From the NCBI RefSeq assembly GCF_006345805.1, contig NW_021834745.1, positions 1 through 26,729 on the forward strand: 26,729 nt of DNA, given 5' to 3'. This DNA is from Octopus sinensis (lineage: Eukaryota). Positions 1-10,504 of this stretch are shown here, piece by piece. The notes below the pieces were generated by a model. The model was not told the DNA's origin and searched no databases. It saw nothing but the letters and a program-made list of their open reading frames with translations. Position numbers and translations under genes: made by a program. How positions within the stretch are numbered: position 1 is the first letter of the stretch; each line of letters starts with the position of its first letter.

Positions 1-162
1 TCTAAATAGATATAGTAATGTAAATCCTAAGTATATCTTTATTTTTTCTTATTTCTATTTTTCATGCTTTTATCTGTTTGCGTCCTTAGACTGAGGTAAT
101 GCAGGGGTACGCCTTGGGGAATTTTAGTAGAAAATCTCGTCGTCAGTAATATTTTTTTGTCT

Positions 163-236
163 TTTTTAAGCATAGTACTTATTCTATTGGTATCTTTTGC
201 CGAACCGATAAGTTATGCGGATGTAAACACACCACA
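163..236 (-). mobile_element. Fragment of tRNA-derived SINE family B (3' half)
   Basis: tagtacttattctattggtatcttttgccgaaccgataagttatgcggatgtaaacacacca is the reverse complement of the 3' body of the full copy at 14655-15073. Confidence 0.7.
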
Positions 237-494
237 TAGGAGAAAAAAACAGACAAATGAATACATACACACAGACACACGTACAAACACACGCGCACGC
301 ACACACACACACACACACACACACGTGTATGATTGTATATATATATATATATAAGAATTTTTGCGTAATAAGATTTAAAAAACCAAGGCTGTGTAGATAT
401 TATAGCTTTTATAGATAGGTCTTACAACTGTTTCTAGAATATTTATTAATTATATCCATTCATCAGAGACGGTGTGAGAGGATAATATATATAT

Positions 495-1265
495 ATAAGG
501 TCCGATTTTGCCTTTCTTAAAATTGAATGAAATTTGATAGTATTTTAGAATGTGTAATGGAATTAAAAATTATTTGTATGTATTTGTGTACATTTAAACT
601 AATTAAATATTATTTTACAGAATAATAGAATTAAAATTTATTTGATTAAAACCCTTTTTAACACGGAAGTATTCAAAAAGAATTTTAGGCACATATTGCT
701 TTATGTGTAAAAAAAGGGAAACTCTGCAGCCGAAGCGACTCGAAACATGCACTCAGTTTATGGGAAAGAATGCTTAAATGGAAGAATTTGCAGAAGATGG
801 TTTGCAAAATTCAACAGAGGAGATTTCAGCCTTGAAGATGAAGATCGAACAGGACGTCCAGTTGAGTTTGATGATAAGGTCCTTGAGGTATTACTTGAAG
901 AAAATCCTGCATAATCAGTTGAAGAATTGGCAATAAAGGTTAGTTCAAACCACACAACTGTTCATCGTCATCTTCAACAACTTGGAAAAGTTCCTAAACT
1001 TGGAAATGTGTGCCTCATGAATTGTCCGAAAGCAACCGCAAATCCCGAGTTGACATCTGCTCTTCTCTCCATTCTCGCGAACTTATTTCACGCTTTTTGG
1101 ATAGAGTTGTGACTGGTGACGAAAAATAGATCTTTTATCGGATATTAAATGTCGTAAACAGTGGCTTGGTAAAAGGGGAAAAGCTCAACCACAACCGAAA
1201 ATGGAACTTCATGAAAAAAAAGGTTCTTCTCTCAATCTGGTGGGATTGCAAAAGAGTAATTCACA
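495..1265 (+). mobile_element. Decayed, 3'-truncated mariner (Tc1/mariner) element
   Basis: From 663 it translates, with stops and frameshifts, as EVFKKNFRHILLY*KKGNSAAEATRNMHSVYGKECLN...RRWFAKFNRGDFSLEDEDRTGRPVEFDD...HRHLQQLGKVPKLG(K)WVPHELSE...FLDRVVTGDEK...KVLLSIWWDCKRVIH. This covers the HTH, WVPHEL-like and TGDEKW-like motifs of mariner transposases. It stops at the AAT/ATT satellite. The 5' boundary is approximate. Confidence 0.92.
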
Positions 1266-1266
1266 C

Positions 1267-1380
<114 letters not shown>

Positions 1381-1426
1381 AGTGACAACAAAAGAGTTAG
1401 ACTTCTTTCTATATGTATAACTTAGG

Positions 1427-1788
1427 ACAATCAGTAAGATAGAATTCGGAGTTATGAATGTCGGAGCAAAGATCGACGATGCATTCTCGTCGGCTATTAA
1501 TGGCAATAGACGTTATGAAAAACTTTTGAATAAAAGGTAAGTTACTCTAATAGGCAGAAAAAGAAAAAAATATATGTCTATGATGTATTGTGAGAATATG
1601 GTTGCGTGTATTTGTTATCTTTTATGTTTTTCTTCTTTTATCTTTTTTCCTACTCATTAGAGTAACTTCCCTTTTATTCAACGGTTTGTCATAGCGTCTA
1701 TTGCTATTAGTAACCGACGGGAATGCATCGTAGCTCTTCGCTCCAACGTTCGAGAGTCCGGGTCCTATTATGACAACTTACTGATTGT
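1427..1788. mobile_element. Foldback/MITE-like element with long imperfect inverted arms
   Basis: 1478-1551 matches the reverse complement of 1656-1729 at 65/74 positions. Weaker similarity extends out to acaatcagtaag (1427) and cttactgattgt (1788). Confidence 0.7.
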
Positions 1789-1798
1789 TTTGAACTAT

Positions 1799-1829
<31 letters not shown>

Positions 1830-2036
1830 TATATATATATAATATATTATATATATATATATATATATAATCAGCCGAAATTGCGAAGATGATCCGGTTC
1901 TTGACTGAAGATTGAAGGCTTCGAATGTCCCGTCCGTGTTTTTTGTATCGTCTTCTAAATGCTTCACGTTCTTGTCCCAGTTTGTATTTTTTTACATTAC
2001 ATATATATATATTTATATATATAATATATATATATA

Positions 2037-2198
2037 TACGACGGGCTTCTATCAGTTTCCGTCTGCCAAATCCACTCACAACTTTGGTCGGCCGGAGCCT
2101 ATAGTACAAGACACTTGCGCAAGGTGGCACGCAGTCAGACTGAACTCGGAACCATATGATTAGGAGGCAATTTTCTTACCACACACCCACTCGTGCGA
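2037..2198 (-). mobile_element. SINE family B, 5' head and core
   Basis: Reverse complement of the tRNA-like head (tgtgtggtaag...ggttccgagttcagtc) and the ttgcgcaagtgtcttgtactatag...ggatttggcagacggaaactga core. Confidence 0.85.
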
Positions 2199-2199
2199 C

Positions 2200-2221
2200 T
2201 ATACACACACACCACATATAT

Positions 2222-2265
<44 letters not shown>

Positions 2266-2344
2266 CATATTATATATATACATAGGAGATTCTCTGTGCC
2301 TGTGTGCTTGTGAGTGCTTCTGTGCTGTGTATGTGTGTGTGCGT

Positions 2345-2415
<71 letters not shown>
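2200..2415. repeat. Compound (CA)n/(TA)n/(TG)n microsatellites
   Basis: Direct inspection. Confidence 0.9.
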
Positions 2416-2418
<3 letters not shown>

Positions 2419-3632
2419 GTTTATAGATTGAGACTTGTCTTTTCAACAAGAATATTTCTGACAGATGGAAAAGTAGAAGAAAACTAATCGGTTTATGGAC
2501 TGAATCCGTCGAAACTGGTCACCCTTCGGTGATGCCCACTGTAATGTAACGTTATATTTGAGTTCTCGTTTATACACACCTAATAAACAGAATTTTCAAA
2601 TATAAATAACATACGGACAAATAAATGAAATCATGTGATCCCCATACGCTTATCGGCTGCACGTAGCACACCGCCATCTTGGATGTTTCATAACAATCCA
2701 AAACCGATTTAGAAGACTTATGAAACGATGTCCCCAGCTATGACTAACCCTATGGTAATTGGACATATTGGACATATATTATATTGGATTACATTATCCA
2801 GTGACTCCCTACCTCGAGGCATGATTAGCTACTCTTTTTAGGATGTTAAACAACCACCTAGAAGCTCGTTAGTATCAAAATATGTTTCCCTGCGTTTACC
2901 TTTAAAGACATTCTTCCCCTTCTACTCGTTCTTCAATGAAATGCACAGTTCTTTGGAGTTTTATTTTCTCTGGGGGATCTGGTACACCGATAAAACTATT
3001 CACGGGCATAGAATCATGTGATAAGGAGAAACTCGTTCGTAGTTGACAAGAAACATACATGACCTACTTGGCAACAAAACGAAATTGGTCGCGAGCCTTC
3101 GAGGGATACATTACATAGTTGTTGAGTCAGCTAGAAATAGCTGTCAAATCTTCATGAAATCACAACTTTCTGTATTAAAAATGAAGATGTAGAGATTCCT
3201 AAATAAATTATGGATAAAAGACAGGAAGAAAGCGAGTAAAGTGTCTTTCATTAGATGTCTGCTTCATCATGGCTTACGTAGACAAGCAACAAAGACAACA
3301 AAATTCAAATACTTTTCCATGGATATGCCCATAAAGCATTTTGCGTTAGTTTTAATATAAATAATGCAGGAAGCTTTGAACATAGTAACAAGAAAGAACT
3401 ATTCAGTAGGGAAGAAAAAAATTATTTCAGCGATCATCTATACTGAATATAAATTTTTTGTTTTACATCTTCAAATCTACAATCTGCCATATTTTTAAAT
3501 TATCATACAGGGAATGTAGACAAAGATTATTAACAGTCTCGCAGCCATTTTAATTGGAACATTATTGTTGCATAATTCTATCCACATTGCTTTCTCCTAC
3601 AATGATATTCGTCAATATTAATTACGTTGTAA

Positions 3633-4020
3633 GGCGGCGAGCTGGCAGAAACGTTAGCACGCCGGGCGAAATGCTTAGTCGTTACGTTCTGAGTTCAAAT
3701 TCCGCCGAGGTCGACTTTGCCTTTCATCCTTTCGGGGTCGATAAACTAAGTACCAGTTACGCACTGGGGGTCGATATAATCGACTTAATACTTTTATCTG
3801 TCCTTGTTTGTCCTCTCTGTGTTTATCCCCTTGTGGGTAGTAAAGAAATAGGTATTTAGTCTGTCTTTACGTTCTGAGTTCAAATTCTACCGAGGTCGTC
3901 TTTGCCTTTCATCCTTTCGGGGTCGATAAATTAAGCACCAGTTACATACTGGGATTGGTCTAATCGACTGGCCCCTCTCCCCCAAAATTTCGCGTCTTGT
4001 GCCTAAAGGAGAAAAGAATA
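3633..4020 (+). mobile_element. tRNA-derived SINE family A, with internally duplicated body
   Basis: Head ggcggcgagctggcagaaacgttagcacgccgggcgaaatgc has an A-box-like TGGCAGAAACG and a B-box GTTCAAATTCC. The body block gccgaggtcgactttgcctttcatcctttcggggtcgataaattaagtaccag occurs twice. It resembles the octopus tRNA-derived SINEs described by Ohshima and Okada (recalled, not searched). Confidence 0.88.
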
Positions 4021-4106
4021 GTCTCGCAGCCATTTGAATTATTGCTTCATATTTCTATCTATGTTGCTTTATTCTACCATGATATTCAATATTAATTAAG
4101 TTGTAA

Positions 4107-4323
4107 GACGTCTTGCTGCCAGAAATGTTAGCACGCTGGGTAAAATGCCTAGTGACATTTAGTCGGCTATTTAAGTTCTGAATTCAATTTCCGCCGAGGT
4201 CCATTTAGCCTTTCATCCAATCGAATCGATCAAATAAGTACCAGTTAAACACTGGGGTCAATTTCAATGACTAACCACACATCACAAAGTATTACTGGCC
4301 TTGCGCTAAAATTTGAAACCAAT
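4107..4323 (+). mobile_element. Older, diverged SINE family A copy
   Basis: Degenerate head gctgccagaaatgttagcacgctgggtaaaatgc, body ccgccgaggtccatttagcctttcatcc...aagtaccag, tail gcgctaaaatttgaaaccaat. Confidence 0.8.
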
Positions 4324-4331
4324 GGTAATAA

Positions 4332-4566
4332 GGCGGCGAGCTGGCAGAAACGTTAACACGCCGGGCGAAATGCTTTGCGGTATTTTCGTCTGCGTTACGT
4401 TGTGAGTTCAAATTCCGCCGAGGTCGACTTTGCCTTTCATCCTTTCGAGGTCGATAAATTAAGTACCAGTTACGCACTGGGGTCGATGTAATCGACTTAA
4501 TACCTATGTCTGTCCTTGTTTGTTGCCTCTGTGTTTAGCCCCTTGTGGACAATAAAGAAATAGGTA
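4332..4566 (+). mobile_element. SINE family A
   Basis: Closely similar to 3633-3855; ends aataaagaaataggt. Confidence 0.9.
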
Positions 4567-4617
4567 ATAAAGCTATTGCTAAACGAATCATGAAGATTAA
4601 CGATCGGAACCCGTTAC

Positions 4618-4644
4618 CTGTGTTGAATGGTTCTTCAGGTAGAG
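4618..4644 (-). other. Candidate 27-nt microexon of an unidentified minus-strand gene
   Basis: Minus strand reads tttttcgttttgtttctttcgcag|CTCTACCTGAAGAACCATTCAACACAG|gtaacg. It has a strong polypyrimidine tract, AG and GT ends, and a length divisible by 3. It is open in phase 1 (xLPEEPFNT) and phase 0 (LYLKNHSTQ). Confidence 0.5.
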
Positions 4645-4992
4645 CTGCGAAAGAAACAAAACGAAAAACTTTGTCATCTGACTTAAGTGGCATATAATAT
4701 GAGAACAAACATCGAGAATTCGAGAATTCTAAAACGTTTATTAAGCTTTCTTTATAGTTTAGTGAGAAAAGGAAGGACGGAAGGCAGGTTTCCTCAGTTC
4801 AGAGATTGTCAGAATGCTTGCATTGAATGGTGGTATTAAAACGCGAACAGCTGTAGAAATCCAACAATATCTGTCAAGCAAATTTGCAGCTTAAACGCTT
4901 TGGTCTGTATATAATACGCCAGAAAACACCTTCTTTCGAGTTACCGTACAGTTGCGATGTCAGCCAACAGTAAGATTATCGTTCATCTGTTA

Positions 4993-5168
4993 TTTTTTAC
5001 TTCTTTCAATCATTACACTCCTTTAGTCGTGCAAATCGACCCCAGAGCTTATTCTGTGTAAACCTAGTACTTATTTTTTTTTGTCGAAACGCTAGGTTAC
5101 GGGAATGTAAACACACCAGCATCGGTTGTCAAGTGATGTTAGGGAACCAAACACGGACACACACACAC

Positions 5169-5206
<38 letters not shown>

Positions 5207-5368
5207 GACGGGCTTCTTTCAGTTTCCGTCTACCAAATCCTCTCACAAGGCTTTGGTCGGTCCGAGGCTATAGTAGACGACACTTGCCCAAGGTAACATG
5301 CAGTGGGACTGATCCCATGACTATGTGGTTGGTAAGCAAGCTACTTACCACACTACCACTCGTGCGCC
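4993..5368 (-). mobile_element. SINE family B, near full length
   Basis: Reverse complement of the 14655-15073 type, with an internal (TA)n/(CA)n tract. Confidence 0.88.
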
Positions 5369-5387
5369 TATATATAAATATATAATT

Positions 5388-5753
5388 TTACAACAAAAAA
5401 TTTAATTTTGGACATAGAGTTACCAAATATTTCGTATCCCCAGTCAAAAACCTCGTATACACCTCGTTAGACTCTATACGAAGACAAATAATCTAAAATT
5501 TCTACGTCGCGGACGTGAGGAAACGCACAGATATCGAGATTTAAGTCTTAACATATAAAGCCGTTAATGAGGACGGGGATTCTCCCTTGAACCAGAGGAT
5601 AAAACAACCCTTATAGGTCCGAAAAAGCTTAATATTTTCCAGTAGGAAAATTTTGTCTTTGTATAGAATATGATGAGCTGTCCACAAGGCTTTAGCTTTA
5701 TGGATACGAAATCTTTGGTAACTTTATGTCCAAAATTAAATTTTTTATTGTAA
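5388..5753. mobile_element. MITE with 52-bp terminal inverted repeats
   Basis: 5388-5439 (ttacaacaaaaaatttaattttggacatagagttaccaaatatttcgtatcc) matches the reverse complement of 5702-5753 with 3 mismatches. The interior is non-coding. Confidence 0.85.
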
Positions 5754-6219
5754 TAATTACTGCTCTCCTCTTTAGATTGTGCTTCTCTTCTGATAAATGT
5801 TTTATTGATTGCACATATATATGTGGGGGGAGGGGGGTCTGTGCGTAAGTATGTATATGTAGATATATACACACACACATATATATATGTATATACACAC
5901 ACATCCCCCCCCACTTATCCCCAAATACTAGTAATACATTCTCAAATTTTCAACCCCTTCGAATGAGCAACACGTAATACACGGCTCCATACTTTGAAAT
6001 GACTAAACATGAACTACTATTGAAACTTACATACCATGTACAAGACACTTTTTAACCACTTCTATACACCACTTTTCTCGAATAATGGAACTGTAACTAC
6101 AATGTTTTATATTTCACATCTACTTTCATCCTCTTATCTCTTTCTATATTCCCTATATCCTCCTTTTCCACAATAATTCCTGTTTTCGAAAACAAACGTT
6201 TACCTCTAACCATCTCGCA

Positions 6220-6270
6220 TAGTCTCTCATGAAGGATATCCATAATATCCCAGAAACAGCTGTAAGACTA
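6220..6270 (+). ncRNA. Minimal type I hammerhead ribozyme motif with core mutation, probably inactive
   Basis: tagtct CTCATGA aggatat-ccata-atatccca GAAA CAGCTG TA agacta. Stem I (tagtct/agacta) is perfect and stem II is ggatat/atatcc. The core is CUCAUGA instead of CUGAUGA. Confidence 0.7.
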
Positions 6271-6351
6271 TATCTATATCTCTTTCCTTATAAATGTCCT
6301 GAAAACTCCTTACAGCCTTGGCCTTTGTTATCTCTTTTATCTAATATATAC

Positions 6352-6392
<41 letters not shown>

Positions 6393-6412
6393 AATATATG
6401 TATGTATATACA

Positions 6413-6568
6413 TACGACGGATGTCTTCCAGTTTCCGTCTACCAAATCCACTCACCACGTTTTGCTCGACTCGAGGTTATAGTGAAAGACAGTTGCCCAA
6501 GGTGGTATGCTGTAGGACCGAACCTGGAACATATTATTGGGAAGAAAACTTCTTATCATACAGCTGCG
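6413..6568 (-). mobile_element. Diverged SINE family B head and core
   Basis: acgacggatgtcttccagtttccgtctaccaaatccactcac...cagttgcccaaggtgg matches the family B core. Confidence 0.8.
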
Positions 6569-6823
6569 TTAGTGTCTAAAATGAAAGAACCTTGTGTCTC
6601 TAGTACCAGCAGCACTCCGCCACCCCATGGAACGAACTGGATTCAACCACGATTGAAACAAAAGGCAGAAACAATAACGTAAAAATCAATACTGATGCCA
6701 TTTAATGTTTTAAAACCTCGTCGCGCTTATTTATATTAGACTTCATCAGAAGTATTGATCTTTACACGAGAGGTAATTAACGCACATCGACATATAGATA
6801 TGCATATATAGAGAGAGAGATTT

Positions 6824-7001
<178 letters not shown>

Positions 7002-7023
7002 TCGATAGATTGGTCGATAGATA
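7002..7023 (+). repeat. Target-site duplication, left copy (22 bp)
   Basis: tcgatagattggtcgatagata, identical to 10164-10185. Confidence 0.93.
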
Positions 7024-7095
7024 TGTTTCTTTATTAGCCACACAGGGCTGCACACAGATAGAACAAATTACAAGGTAGAGCTTTTCTTTTGAAGG

Positions 7096-7129
<34 letters not shown>

Positions 7130-10100
7130 AAGGGGGAGGTTCGATCAAAAGGGATCGTAAAAGGAGAGAAAGAGGACAAAAATAAGGGGGGTTAAAAAAA
7201 AAAAAAAAAGGGGGGGGGGAGAGGAAAAAAAAATGATCAATAGGGATCGTTATCACAGAAATTGTCAATATGAAGTGTAAAGGGGAGGACAGGTGAGGTT
7301 TACCCGTGGAAAGAAAAGCCTGCGGAAAAGACCACGGTAACCTCGGTCAATGAAGTCACATTTTATATTCTTTTTTTTTTTTTTTTTTTTTGCAAATAAG
7401 AAACTCTCTGTTTTCGATTTCTGGGTTCATAGGACTATGCTCAAGGTGGCTTCGTCATTCATACGTGCCATTCTTGCTACATTCACCCATCTTTTTTAAA
7501 ACATTCGCTAGACAAAACTTGCCTCTCTACTCTCACTTTCCTTTTCAAGTGGTACTTGAAGAAGTTGATGAGAGATTGACCAGAGAGGAAAGTGTTTGTC
7601 TCCAATCCTTTCAGACGCGTCCACCAGATACATTCTTTCGCCATAGCCACAAGGATGATGAAAATAGCTCTTCCTTCCCGTTTGAAGGAAGGAGGCGTGA
7701 CAATATTGACGATAGACTCAGCTGATAAACCGACTCGTCCCACACGTGACAGCAGTTGTTCGACATAAGCCCACAGGTCGGAAATTGTTGGACACTGAAC
7801 GAGTGCGTGCAGAACGGTTTCGTCGCTCTGACCGCATCTCGGGCAGGTCGGCCCCGTGTTTCTCGAGCCGTGTCTGTAGAGCTTATCCCGAACGGGTAGC
7901 GCTTCTCTGTAGCACTGCCAGGCCAGGGATCTCTGGAAGTTGTCCATGGGCCTGGCCCGAAAGTCGTCCCGAACAGGCGGGTCAGGTACTCCTCGTCGAC
8001 GTCCAGGTTCGCCCCGAGCTCGTCGTCGTACCTCCCCTCCACTAAACCCCTATAGAATGCTTTGGTTGTGTTGAAGTCACTTAAGGTCGACCCAGGACGG
8101 CAGAGTTGCTTGAGAGCAACGCGACACGCGGTGCCATTCGCCCTTCCTCGGCCTCTTTTGATCCACGACTGCAGTTCGGTCATGGAGACGAGCTGCGGGA
8201 AAGTGTGCCTCACAAACGGCGACCACACCTGTTCACCGTCGTCTACATAGAGCCAGAGATGTCGCAGTCTCAGCGCGTGTCTGCGCATCATCAACCACGG
8301 CATGCCCAGCCCTCCTTTTAACGGGTGTTGACAGCAAATGGATCGCCTGACCATCGGGACGCATCCTTTCCACAAGAAGCGAAAGAGGATGCGTTGTAGT
8401 TTGGTGATGGTAGGGTCGGGACAAGGTACGACGGTCAGGCGGTAGTAGATGACGGACGCGATGTACGTGTTCGCCACCTCCGCTCGACCTTTTAGGGACA
8501 GTTTCCTCTCGGCCCATTGCCGGGCGAGAGTGACCACCCTACTCGTTATCTCGTTCCAGTTCTTCTCCACTTGGAGGTCCGGACCAAACCAGACCCCGAG
8601 CAACTCAACCGGGCCGTCGGTCCAGCGTCCCACGACGGAGGCGCTGGTGGACGGCATGGGCTTGCTTCTCCAGGTGCCTAGTCGCAAGCCCACTGACTTT
8701 TCCCGGTTGATTTTCGCTCCTGTCACCGCTTCGTAGTTTTTCAGTGTCTCGCCGACCAGCTCGATGTGCTCGTGGCTAGACACTATGACGGTGACGTCGT
8801 CCGCGTATGCAGACACGCTCGTCCCGCATCCCAATTCTCGCGGGATGCCCCTTAGAGTCGCCAGCTTCCGCAGTAGTGGCTCAAGAGTCAATACGTATAG
8901 AAGCGCCGAGAGGGGGCATCCCTGACGGACCGAACGTGCAATGTCGAAAGGTCTCGATAGATGTCCATTACGCGAATTACCGAACGGATGCCTCTGTACA
9001 AGGCAGCTATCCAGCCGCGGAAGACGGGACCGAAACCAGCCGCTCTCAGGACTGCCTCCAAGTATCGATGGTCTACCCTATCAAAGGCTTTTGATTGATC
9101 CAAGTTGATCAGGGCCCCACCCATGCCAGGTTCGTTAACTACCCTGTCTATGATGTAGCGCATCAGATGGAGGTTGTCATGGATGGTCCGGCCTGGCACG
9201 GCGCATGTTTGCGCCTTGTCGACCAGTTTCTCGATGACAAGCGCCAACCTCTTGGCTAGCACCTTGGCCAAAATTTTCAAGTCTGCATTAAGCAGAGTGA
9301 TGGGCCTAAAGTTATCTATTACATTTCCCTTGTTTAGATCTTTCTTCAGCAGTGTTACGGCTCCTCGGCTCACAAAACCAGGAATGCTCCCGTTTTGCTG
9401 CCAGTTGCAGTACACCGCCGCCAAGAGATCTCCAAACAAGTCTGGCATACAATTGTAAAGCTCGTAGGGTAGACCATCCAACCCCGGTGATTTGTCCCTC
9501 GAGCATTCTGCCATCGCTTCCCGCACTTCCGCCGCCGTGATGGCACCTTCGGAGCACCTGCCTTTCTTGTCGAGAGTCGTGGTAGGCTATGTAGGTAGGC
9601 ACTGAAGTCCACCCTACGTTCTTGCCCTCCACTCGTTCCGAACAGTCGGGCAAAATGCTGCTGAAAGGCCTCACACATTTTACTTGGCTCGAGCAATTCG
9701 CGCCCCTGTTCATCTACCAGTGACCGAATGGTGGCTTTGTTGCCCTGTTGCGCCTCTGCCACCCGGGCCTCTCTCGCGGCTCCAACACCTTCGTTCCTTA
9801 GAGCACGCATCCTAGCTCTGACAGCACATCCTTCGTGTTTGGCGTTGAAGTGTTGGTCGAGGGCCAACCTCGCCGCCAAAACGTCGGATGCGATGCCGCT
9901 TCTAATTGCCTCTTCTAGCTTCTTAACTAGCTCACCCTCTACTCTATTTCTATCTATGGCTAGTGCTTTGCTGTACCTAATCGCTTCTGCTTTTACTGCT
10001 CTCTTGAGGGCAAACCACCATTTGTTGTTGATGGCTCCCGTCAAAGCCCTCTTTACTAGTGTGCTAATCCGGTCTCTGAAAACTTGTCTCGATGGGAAAG

Positions 10101-10163
10101 ACGCGTTTAGTTTCCAGTATCCGGGACCCTGCCTAAGTGTCTTACCTAAGTCTAGCGTACATG
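7024..10163 (-). mobile_element. 5'-truncated L1/Tx1-clade non-LTR retrotransposon
   Basis: GC-rich island bounded by a 22-bp TSD. It carries ORF2 homology and a 3' UTR of about 400 nt that ends AATAAAGAAACA next to the TSD. ORF1 and most of the APE endonuclease are missing. Confidence 0.93.
7427..10163 (-). pseudogene. L1/Tx1 ORF2 remnant (end of APE, RT, CCHC zinc knuckle), frameshifted as assembled
   Basis: Motifs GPGYWKLN, KSPGLDGLPYELY, FRPITLLNADLKILAK, LDQSKAFDRVDH, VRQGCPLS, YADDV and CPRCGQSDETVLHALVQC (7792-7845). The frames join through -1 slips near 9557, 8968, 7950 and 7495. The restored frame ends ...ATLSIVL* at 7427. Confidence 0.92.
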
Positions 10164-10177
10164 TCGATAGATTGGTC

Positions 10178-10185
<8 letters not shown>
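10164..10185 (+). repeat. Target-site duplication, right copy (22 bp)
   Basis: Identical to 7002-7023. Confidence 0.93.
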
Positions 10186-10251
<66 letters not shown>

Positions 10252-10430
10252 TAGACAGACAGACAGGCAGGCAGGCAGACAGGCAGGCAGGCAAGCATGC
10301 AGACAGGCAGGCAGACAGGCAGGCAGGCAGACAGACAGGCAGACAGACAGGCAGGCAGGCAGGCAGGCAGGCAAGCAAGCAGACAGGCAGACAGACAAGC
10401 AGACAGACAGACAGACAGATAGATAGATAC

Positions 10431-10503
<73 letters not shown>
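10186..10503. repeat. Compound (GATA)n/(GACA)n/(GGCA)n satellite
   Basis: Direct inspection. Confidence 0.95.

Positions 10504-10504
<1 letters not shown>

Noticed and set aside
65-152. CTGACGA on the minus strand (139-145) with a distant AAACAGAT
   Set aside because: Stem II and stem I pairings are not convincing and GAAA is absent.
1885-1935. CTGAAGA...cttcGAATGTC hammerhead-like string
   Set aside because: GAAA is broken and there is no stem I partner after the putative cleavage site.
2490-2523. tccgtcGAAACTGGTCacc (and tcGAAACTGGTAcc at 21589-21602) resembling hammerhead 3' halves
   Set aside because: No recognisable CUGANGA upstream, so only half of the motif is present.
3633-3720. 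tRNA-like A and B boxes in SINE heads
   Set aside because: They do not fold as complete cloverleaves and run into SINE bodies, so they were not called tRNA genes.
7390-10186. Plus-strand ORFs overlapping the LINE
   Set aside because: Antisense shadows of a GC-rich RT ORF with no recognisable motifs.
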